Source: Balanoglossus misakiensis (taxonomy: Eukaryota > Animalia > Hemichordata). Taken from it: 64,000 nt of DNA. A program made the position numbers and the translations under genes. Below, piece after piece: positions 55,501 through 64,000 of the stretch. The stretch spans positions 2,385,000 to 2,448,999 of the forward strand of contig CM082587.2 in NCBI GenBank assembly GCA_040954595.2. The letters run 5' to 3'. How positions within the stretch are numbered: position 1 is the stretch's first letter; each line of letters opens with the position of its first letter. A model generated the notes under the pieces. It worked only from the letters and a program-made list of their open reading frames with translations, made no database searches and was not told the DNA's origin.

Positions 55501-56415
55501 AGCTTGATGATATTTTGTTTCGGTAGTATCTGAGACCTCAGGATACGAGTATGTGATCTCTTTAGCATTTTTGACACATCACTGATGCAAAACATGTTGA
55601 CAAAAAATGCCCACACTTTTTCAAAACGAGTCAGTGTTTCTCAAATCCAAGCTTGTTGGTGAAGGCACACAGTATATCAAGTGTTGCATCATTCTGCATT
55701 TTAATAATCCACAAACACTTCAAACTTTTTATCTCATCTTGTGGCCACTGATCCTTGTAATAGCGTAACTGAAGCAAGGCCTTAGTTCTTCACATGAGGC
55801 TACCTGAACAATCACTTCTCTGCTGTCTCCATGGACGCAGTCACAGGAAGTTGCATTGCATCATGGGTGAGGGAACATACACATCTTTGAGAGGCGAACT
55901 TTGTGCAGAAGAGATTAGGTTCGCTGGTTTTAAATTCACTGAGAGGTGGTTTCAATCATTGTGAATTTCTAGACATCAGTTTATTTAATCTTAATTCAAG
56001 AGTTATATGTCCCCTCTTCTATATTAAATGTCATCCAATGGCATAAGTCGAGCTGACGAACAAACTGGGACATGAAATAAAATTGAGCAATCTTTCTTTT
56101 TTTCATCTTTTTTCATATCTGTGTTTGACGTTGGATTCATGGGTGAAAGGAGTGTCATGTGCTTTTGGCAGATCTGAATATTTCAGAATAAATATAGCAC
56201 CAATTTTATGATGAATGTACTGTGGCATTGCAATTATTCATAAACAATATCGTTTCTAATAGGATGAATTAGATTTCGGTCACATTGACCCTTTCATTGA
56301 AAAATCTCTGGATCATCCCACATTAATTTCATTATGTGTTGCAGGATCCATCCAGAAAGTGGAGGGTGGAACTTGACTGTATGCTGTCAACTGCTTTGAG
56401 TTACAAGAATAGTAA

Positions 56416-56434
56416 GTGTGTGTGTGTGTGTGTG
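56416..56434. repeat. (GT)n microsatellite
   Basis: gtgtgtgtgtgtgtgtgtg. Confidence 0.85.
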
Positions 56435-58093
56435 CATGGTAGGAACTGTATTTTTTACGAGAATATCCTGGTACTTTTCACTGAGCAGACAGAGTACCAG
56501 GGAAGCAACATTTCAAACTAGAAAGACCAAACTACAATCAGAGCAAATGCAGATTATGTTTATGCAACCACCAGTCACAACTCTCATCGCATGTCTTAGC
56601 TCCTTACCAGTTCCTAACAACCGTGTTGACTTTGGAAAATAAACACCAAACATGCCACCTGCTTGTCTGTACTTCTAATGGATTAATCTTGCTTATTAAA
56701 AATCCCTGCTGTAAATTTCATTTCTCAGAATTAAGCATTCGATAAAACACTGGAAACATAAACATTTGGAGAAAAAAACCCAATTAACCCCACAAAACAT
56801 GTACATGTTGATATTTTGTTAACATTTGTTTTGTACTGTGGTGACTACAATCAATGAGCGTTTTTTTTTTGCACTTGTTTCCTTGGTAACCGGGATCTGT
56901 ATCAGCCTCTTGAAGTGCGTCTATGCAACACACAGAGATTACCTGTTTTTTGGACATCAGGTGATTTTTTTAAGTGACCTATGGCCAACCAGCGACAACG
57001 CTGGTGTCGGTGAAGAAGAGGATAAGCCCCCCCCCCCCCCCCCCTCCAGGCCAATGCCCTTTCCATCAAGGTTTTTTTGATAATCAGTTTTTTCTGTCAC
57101 AGTACATCAACCATGACAAATTTCAAGCAGCAGGATTTTATTTGTTTGTTCGGTCCGTTGGCACAGGTTCAGAGTTTCCATGCAACAACCAATGACAAAA
57201 TAACGATGTGACTTCTTGTCTTTGGCCTTTTATCCCCCCAACCCAGATGAAACTTAATACCACACCACATTTTATCAACACTTTTTATGTCGGTATTAAA
57301 CTTTTAACTTCCAATGCTGGCTACAGGCCACCAAGACTAAGAACAGTTTGCACTTTTAGACTATCATAGTTAAGTTTGCCGCAGTTCCGTTCTTCAAGTT
57401 TCTCTCGGAGAATGCTGTCTGTGGAAACAGAATACGCACGCCGGCAAAAAGCCCAACTTGAAGTGATCTTTGCAAGGGGCGAGTGGGGGAAGAAAAAAGG
57501 GGCAACTTGGCTCCATGCCTGGGATGTGTGCATGTCAAACAGCAAGATGGAGACAAGCGCTCCAGCTGGTAAGTAGTTGGATTGTTACACGCCTGCACAG
57601 CGGGGCCAGTCATTCAGCTAGCAGCTCTGTTTCTACCGACAGCCCGGTCAGTGCCCGGATAAAGTTTCTTGGCAATGTAAGCTGAGCTGTCTCTCCCGAT
57701 GTAATGCCAGCTTGCAGTGTGGATATTGACTTGTACTGCAATATTCTTTATGTATCGGATTATGAAGCATTAAACTGAAACACATGGAAGCATTTTGTAA
57801 ACAGTGTACGTGAATCAGGGATATAGCGATCCCTAAAGTTACCACAGAGGGCGTTATTCATTAAAACTGTCTCTCAGTATATATGGTAGTGGTCTTTTAA
57901 GTCATTGATTTTGCCTACACTTGATGAAGTGTCAAAATAACAGGAGTCGGCAATAAGGGCAGAGGCGATAGACAACTATTAGTCATGACGATGTTAGAAA
58001 AATTGAAAGTGATGATGTCAGAGGGAGAAATGACCTCCTCTAACAAACATGATAAAAAAAACATGATACATGCAAATGTAATATGCTTCTCCA

Positions 58094-58099
58094 TTTATT
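58094..58099 (-). terminator. Candidate poly(A) signal for WDR38 (alternative at 58829-58834)
   Basis: Minus-strand AATAAA followed by T/GT-rich sequence, about 1 kb after the stop codon. Confidence 0.35.
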
Positions 58100-59093
58100 T
58101 ATTTAGTAAAAATAAAAAATAAAACCAATGGAATGTTCAGGGATATTTACAATATGTACACATGCATGGCATGCCATGTTCTTGATGCGTTAGTCTGTAA
58201 ATAAAGAGTTCAAAGTTTGGAAAGTTCACCAGTCAAATGGAAGGACTTCTCAAGCCATCATGACCTTGGAAAGACAGGTGAACTTTCCACACTGAACTTC
58301 CACCTTTGCTGAAAGTATTACTAATCGTAAATTTGCACGAATTTACATAACTCTAAAACCAATCAGAACTTAAATAACTGAAAATCTGTCATATGAAACA
58401 ATATATCTCAAACTGAGGATAAAACAATAATGTAAAAAACAGTGTTCTATCTTGTTAGCTTAAAAATAAAGTAAAAAATGCATGATGATGTTAATAAGCT
58501 TGCTATGTACAATGAAAGGAACCTTCTGTGAAAAGTTGGTCTAAAGAATTTTACACATGGGATGTGAAAATTGCACAAAACCACACTTTTGCAAAAAAAA
58601 AAAAAAACACCTGCAAAAGCTGTATGCATGCGTAATTTCATGCAGTGAAGTGTTACAATTGTTAGACAGGTAGCCAGCACTGTTACATCTAGGATAACAA
58701 AAAATAAATTTTTATGGGAAGATCATATTGCTTAAAAAACGCATGTGAGATTTTGATCAATTAAATTGCTACCAATTAAACATTGTAAATAAAGTTTCCC
58801 CTGTTGTATCTCATTAAAATCTTGCATATTTATTCTGTATTATATCAAGAGTTTTGTCTCGAGGCTCTGGGTGAAGGTATTTCAAATTCCTGAGGTACCA
58901 CACATATACAAATACACGTTCTAATGAAGAATGACTCGAGGAATAAGAAAACTCTCAAAACACTTATTTGACTGAATGATGCTGCTGTATTGAAGACAAC
59001 CTGTGTCTATACAGCCGGGATGATTGTGTGATGTTTTAATGCGCCCTCAGACTCAGAGACTGATTGCAGCACAAAACAAAACACTGGATAATA

Positions 59094-59112
59094 TGGCCAC
59101 CAGGGGGCGCTA
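59094..59112 (+). promoter_or_regulatory. CTCF binding motif, exact consensus
   Basis: TGGCCACCAGGGGGCGCTA, identical to the canonical 19-bp CTCF consensus. Confidence 0.7.
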
Positions 59113-59122
59113 ACCTGGACTG

Positions 59123-59227
59123 TTATGAAGACGGGTCCGGCAGTTTCTGTGTCATTGCTGCTGCTCCACAAGCCACTAAGGTTCCACTTGGTGTAAATAT
59201 GCAGGCGTGAATACGTTCTGCTTTGGC
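59123..59227 (-). CDS. WDR38: WDR38 exon 9, terminal coding exon (AKAERIHACIFTPSGTLVACGAAAMTQKLPDPSS*)
   Basis: aaacag| acceptor; TAA at 59125-59123; H.C.FTP.G..LV.GAA matches the WDR38 C-terminal repeat. Confidence 0.88.
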   Translation of the reverse strand, partial: AKAERIHACIFTPSGTLVACGAAAMTQKLPDPSS

Positions 59228-59358
59228 CTGTTTGTAAAATAAACAAACAATAAAATCCGTATGAAAAATATGATGGTAGAAATGTTATATACCGAGTTAT
59301 AATGGGTCAACATTTTACGCTATCATGAAACACTCATTCCCACTGGTTCCCAACTCAC

Positions 59359-59406
59359 CTCAAGCACTTTGACACATTTAGCTGTCACGACATCCCAGAG
59401 TCTGAC
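59359..59406 (-). CDS. WDR38: WDR38 exon 8 (VRLWDVVTAKCVKVLE)
   Basis: ctacag| acceptor and GAG|gtgagt donor; 48 nt; completes a WD repeat. Confidence 0.92.
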
Positions 59407-59536
59407 CTGTAGAGAAGCAAAATTCAATGTCAAGGATGCACTTTGGAACAGCACTTCAATAAAGATGTAATCCAGATCGTTTTGGCACAAGATGTGGAGT
59501 ATCTCTCTGCAGGTTTTTAAGAAAAGTTTATTTTAC

Positions 59537-59686
59537 CGTTTCATCATCAGAGGCACTGGCAACCAGAATACCGTCTGTTGAGAATGTCACTGCCTGCACC
59601 CAACCCTCATGGCCATTCAGCACCTGCAGTAGATTCCCATTGGCAGGGTTCCACAGACGAACTGTTTTGTCCCAAGACGCAGATGC
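59537..59686 (-). CDS. WDR38: WDR38 exon 7 (ASASWDKTVRLWNPANGNLLQVLNGHEGWVQAVTFSTDGILVASASDDET)
   Basis: ctgcag| acceptor and ACG|gtaaaa donor; 150 nt. Confidence 0.94.
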
Positions 59687-59805
59687 CTGCAGGGAGGAGA
59701 GAGAGAACAGAGCTGAACAATCCATGTCTCTTCAAATGGAACTGGCATTATGCATACATTCTCAGAGTAAATTTTATTCACCACAATTTGTTTCGTCACA
59801 CTCAC

Positions 59806-59937
59806 CAACATTCCCTGTCTTGAAAATGCAACGGAGTGTATGTTACCAGTATGTCCTGACAGTATCTTGACAGCGTCCATTCCCCGATTTCCACCCACCG
59901 GCCAGACCCGCACTGTGTGATCCCACGAACCTGTCGC
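59806..59937 (-). CDS. WDR38: WDR38 exon 6 (ATGSWDHTVRVWPVGGNRGMDAVKILSGHTGNIHSVAFSRQGML)
   Basis: tgccag| acceptor and TTG|gtgagt donor; 132 nt. Confidence 0.94.
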
Positions 59938-60158
59938 CTGGCAAAGGAAGACAATTGTTAGAAAAGTCTGGAATGCACAGGGAAGCTGCAGGGTCATATA
60001 TGGAGTTTTTCTCTAACAGTTGCTTCATAGTAAACAGATCTGTTGTAATACAAGTCCTCACTGCAGATATTTGTTATTTTGCGAACTGACTGAGGAGCAT
60101 TAACAGTGAAGTTATCCATGATGAAAAGTGATTCAAAAAAGCAATAACAAAAACTTAC

Positions 60159-60239
60159 AAGATATTTCATATCATAGGAGAAGCAGCAACACTGCACCAT
60201 GTTGCTGTGACCATTCAAAATATAGACAGCAATCCCTTT
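60159..60239 (-). CDS. WDR38: WDR38 exon 5 (KGIAVYILNGHSNMVQCCCFSYDMKYL)
   Basis: tttcag| acceptor and CTT|gtaagt donor; 81 nt. Confidence 0.92.
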
Positions 60240-60458
60240 CTGAAAAATAAATAGAAGATGCACTGTCAGATTTTTCTTGAGTCTCAGAAAATCTTACCCG
60301 TTAAAATAATCTCATCTGCATCTCAAGTATAAAACTGGACCATAATCAAAGTCTACCAATAAAATTTTATCTTGTGTGAAAGACATTGTAACTGTCATAT
60401 ACCGGTACAATTTTACTACATGCAGAATATTCTCTGTATTATAGGCAATGATACTCAC

Positions 60459-60556
60459 CTCTACGTTCCAGACAATTGCAGTGTTATCCCAGGACCCTGA
60501 GCAGAGTAAACTGCCATCCGGTGAGAAACAGACTGTCTCCACACTTCTACAGTGAC
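60459..60556 (-). CDS. WDR38: WDR38 exon 4 (GHCRSVETVCFSPDGSLLCSGSWDNTAIVWNVE)
   Basis: ttgtag| acceptor and GAG|gtgagt donor; 98 nt. Confidence 0.94.
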
Positions 60557-60674
60557 CTACAAATAATCAGAATTATTCATCAGTTCATGTGCCTCCAGAA
60601 TCTTAAAATTCATGCAGTCGGACCACTTTAGATAATCTCATTTCACAAGTGAAAGCTTGGATGATGTTTTTCAC

Positions 60675-60791
60675 CTGTCAAAGTATGTACAATTTCCGCA
60701 TTTCTTGTTCTCCATATAATGACGTTGCCATCGTAGGCAGCACTGGCGAAATATTTGCTGTCATTGGTGATGGCCACACTCTTGATTGCAC
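60675..60791 (-). CDS. WDR38: WDR38 exon 3 (GAIKSVAITNDSKYFASAAYDGNVIIWRTRNAEIVHTLT)
   Basis: gttcag| acceptor and ACAG|gtgaaa donor; 117 nt; phase 1-1. Confidence 0.92.
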
Positions 60792-61436
60792 CTGAACACA
60801 AAAAAGAGGATAACATGTAGAGTGACTGTGGGATGGGTTGTGTTAGTTGCAAATCACAGAAAGACTAACCCGTTTTGTGTTTTCCACTTGTAAGCTTTCT
60901 CACGTTCTAAAGACCAACATATGTTGGATTCCTGCCACCCTCTATTGTGGTCAGTGACGACTGCAGTCTAGCCACCATCCAATCAATACTTCTGCCAGCG
61001 TCTGAGGTCAACAGGTCAATCCCACAGAGAGCAGTGTGTGCACGTGGTGATCAAAATCTCTGTCCCTCAATAAAACTACATTCAAAGGTGACAAAAGTCT
61101 AAATCCTTTGAGCGGCTCTGCTCCACAGCCCAATTCGATTCAAAAATTCAATAAACAAGCCTACACGATTTTTTCACCCCACAACCATGTTCTAGATTCT
61201 GACAGTGCCAAACCTGGGCAAAGTGGATACATTTCCCCATTTACGGTACAAGCGGGTGGCGGATTTTAAAGCAAAACCTGAAACAATGTGTGTCGATCAT
61301 GAGATTTCAAAGCTATACAACTCACCACAACAGCGTATTTGTGACTGCATAGATTTTAATTCCGCAGACCAGAAGCTATATACAATGTATATTAAAAGGT
61401 TGTGCATCTCAATTATTCAAGATATTAAACACTAAC

Positions 61437-61557
61437 CTTCATGACCTTTCAGTTTACACACCATCTGACCTGTGACCTTATTCCAGACACGAACTCTGCC
61501 ATCGTCACTTCCAGTGACCAAGATCTCCATGTCTGGGGAGAAGGCACAACAGTTGAC
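61437..61557 (-). CDS. WDR38: WDR38 exon 2 (VNCCAFSPDMEILVTGSDDGRVRVWNKVTGQMVCKLKGHE)
   Basis: tttcag| acceptor and GAAG|gttagt donor; 121 nt; WD40 repeat. Confidence 0.93.
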
Positions 61558-62046
61558 CTGAAATACAGTAAGTTAGAAAGTTTATTTCTACTTCTGCATG
61601 CTTGATGATAGTTCTCTTGCAAAATGCTATGGACAGGAATGATCAATATATTATATGTGAAGCAGTACATGCTCAAGGTTTTGCCTGTTGGTTTTGCAGT
61701 CTAACACATAAACCAACATGTAGCAAAACCTAGAGCAACTGAACTGCAGGTAACATACATCAAAAGGCATCAAACAGATCAATACATCATATGAAAGAAA
61801 TAAGCATAGCAATGGCAAATCAACAAGACTTAGTAGCTACGCAGAGTTTTCACGTTACCGGTACATTATTTTAATGATTTTCAAGCGAATGTTGCGTGAA
61901 ACATACACCACACACCTGTTGAACACAAGTTACATTGTACATTTCCCGTGATTGCTGCAGGCCAGACGCAGCAGGGGTTCTCAGTTAACGTGAGCAAAAA
62001 TATATATACATATATGTATATAAAACCGACATATCCTCCACCTTAC

Positions 62047-62118
62047 CTCATCTTTGTGGCCGTCATAATTCCGTAGATCGAGTTTCGAAAAATTTTCTTC
62101 GATGGTAGCAGACAACAT
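62047..62118 (-). CDS. WDR38: WDR38 exon 1 (MLSATIEENFSKLDLRNYDGHKDE)
   Basis: ATG at 62118; donor GAG|gtaagg; contains the GH dipeptide of WD1. Confidence 0.85.
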
Positions 62119-62940
62119 GATGAACAACACAGTGTTGTTTATGTTGACAACTCACATTTCGTTCGGGTAATCGGAGGAGACTGTTTGCAGCATTCCTCTG
62201 ATAAAAATGGCTAGATCTCGACTAAGAGCTCATATAGTTTATCTCATGACAGCGCATACATCATACGCCACAAGATCTAATGAAAATTCAATGTTGATCT
62301 AACTTACGAAGGGTATTTACAGATTTATCTGTGGCTTGACAACGCGACGCTGAAACTTTTCCCGGCAAGCCCACGCAAGTCACTGAAAATTATTCGTACG
62401 ACCAACCATAATGAAGTCTTATGTGACCTAGCTGCACAGCAAAATATGAATCAGTGAAACGGGGTTCGTCTATTTAAGGCCTAGAATGTGGATATTTAAA
62501 AAAACTTGAACAAGGTGATATCCAGCTTAGAATATTAGAAACTAGAAAATCAGCGGTTTGTTAAGGAGCCCAGCTTTCAAATCGAGGCGCGTGCTATCTA
62601 CCGCCTTCATCATGATTGATTAACCAAAACAAAATAAATACTCGAGCTCACTCTAACCAATAGGGGTAGGGGCAGTCTAAAGCTGTTGCGTGTTGTGTGA
62701 CGATCACTCGACTCGGATCGCTCGCCATTTGTGTAATCGCATCTTATCATTGTGCACGCAACGCTCCCTGTCGAGTCAGGCTACACAAACCCTCGACACA
62801 GACCCCGTCACCTTGGAGACAACTGTGCGTGTACGTGTACACCTGGGCCCCAGTTACGCATTTAGTTTTACACATGTATGTTACAAATTTCACGTCTTTA
62901 CGTCACCATGCGGAGGAATATGTTGTAAGTTTAGATGCTA

Positions 62941-62971
62941 TATATGTTATAACTTGTGATTAAGTCACGTC

Positions 62972-63013
<42 letters not shown>

Positions 63014-63117
63014 CATCCATGCACAGACACTCAAATCAACAACTGTGAAGCCCCAGAACCCACTGATACCGTGGGTTTATATGTTATATATGTTATAACT
63101 TGTGATTAAGTCATGTC

Positions 63118-63148
<31 letters not shown>

Positions 63149-63230
63149 GGATGATGATGCATGCACAGACACTCAAATCAACAACTGTGAAGCCCCAGGA
63201 CCCACTGATACCGTGGGGCTTCGCGATTAA
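62941..63230. repeat. Tandem duplication (about 135-bp unit x2), each unit with a 14-unit ATG microsatellite; terminal hairpin; Helentron/HINE-like end
   Basis: Copies at 62941-63075 and 63087-63217 are nearly identical. Stem GAAGCCCCA (63189-63197) pairs with TGGGGCTTC (63214-63222). Confidence 0.85.
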
Positions 63231-63373
63231 TGATTTGACGTACGTCCATGATAATACAAAGTCCAACAACAGTCTGTCTAATGACAGTGACCCCGTCGAG
63301 GGCCTACACAACGCGCCCGATGGTGTTTCTGTCACCTTGGTTACGAATTAGGTCGAGGTCATCACAAGTACCA

Positions 63374-63514
63374 TTAAGGTAGATGCGCCTTTATACTCAA
63401 AGACTTAAACTTTCTCTCATATTTTGCTCAATGCAGCTTTAGATTATTCTATCTTAAAATTGAGAATAAAAAGTAGGGGCCACCTTGCAAATGTAAAAAA
63501 AAGTACAACCTTAA
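63374..63514. mobile_element. Short TTAA-flanked non-autonomous DNA element (Kolobok-like ends)
   Basis: TTAA|GGTAG ... CAACC|TTAA. A weakly similar inverted copy may lie at about 62500-62600. Confidence 0.45.
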
Positions 63515-64000
63515 ATGTGTAAGACCCATCGAAGGCGAAGGTCATTTGTTGAAGGACATTGTCTCGTTCTCCAATAAATGATTTACCACCCATTGCTACT
63601 CATTAGACTACACCCAGTCACTACACTACACCACCAGAAATTCCTTGGGAGAACACACACGTTTACCTGTCTAAGGTAAAATTTGGTGTTTTGCGAAGTA
63701 TTACATTAATTATTTTCAACTCAGGTGACAAAGACAGAATACTCTGACAGTTTTATATTCTTTTTTTAAAGTCATGTAAACTAGAGTCAGTTTTATTCAG
63801 TGTCTGAAACAACTAGGGGTATGTAGTGTCAACCAATTTAATGATAAGGCAAATATACTATCTGGTGTGGTTCAAAATGGGGTACATGTAGGTAGGAAAA
63901 TACTTTTATTTATCAGAACATGTCTTCAGTTTGTATATACTGTATGACATAATGTCTTTTTCAGAGATCTGAGGGTAAAGGCTACTTATACTATGTCCAT

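Larger units (their letters stand above)
59123..62118 (-). other. WDR38: WD repeat-containing protein 38-like gene, complete 9-exon CDS, 307 aa, 7-bladed WD40 propeller
   Basis: All 8 introns are GT-AG with compatible phases. Motifs GH..EVN..AFSPD, GH.RSVETV.FSPD, LATGSWD.TV, LAS.SWDKT..LW.P, GH..WV..V.FS.D and H.C.FTP.G are collinear with human WDR38 as recalled. Confidence 0.88.

Noticed and set aside
62541-62546. ACTAGA as the Helitron 3' CTAG terminus for the 62941-63230 module
   Set aside because: It falls within what looks like a different decayed TTAA-type repeat, so the boundary cannot be supported.
63111-63351. Poly-Met and poly-Ile ORFs
   Set aside because: Translation of the (ATG)n microsatellite in the tandem repeat.
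1-64000. CRISPR arrays, operons, transposase or reverse-transcriptase ORFs
   Set aside because: The DNA is eukaryotic and intron-rich. No regularly spaced repeat-spacer array or long TE ORF was seen.

Overview
AT-rich, intron-containing eukaryotic (metazoan) genomic DNA. The protein sequences and repeat style suggest an invertebrate deuterostome such as a hemichordate, which is inference only. Two spliced genes, both on the minus strand, can be built by hand from GT-AG junctions with consistent phases. (1) A complete 9-exon WD40 gene at 62118->59123 (307 aa) that I recognise as a WDR38 orthologue. (2) About 13 kb downstream of it, the 5' end of an Lmx1-class LIM-homeobox gene: coding exons 45678-45664, 45456-45330 and 44655-44451, the last encoding LIM domain 1. 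I found no LIM2 or homeodomain exon in 1-44450, so that stretch appears to be one intron of more than 44 kb. The rest is non-coding: short TIR elements, a Helentron-like tandem duplication, microsatellites, a CpG-rich domain over the Lmx promoter, and regulatory motifs (an exact CTCF consensus, RFX X-boxes, ZNF143/SPH sites, an octamer palindrome). Most ORFs in the supplied track are spurious. I found no prokaryote-type system and no convincing RNA gene. The interest lies in conserved synteny and the regulatory architecture.
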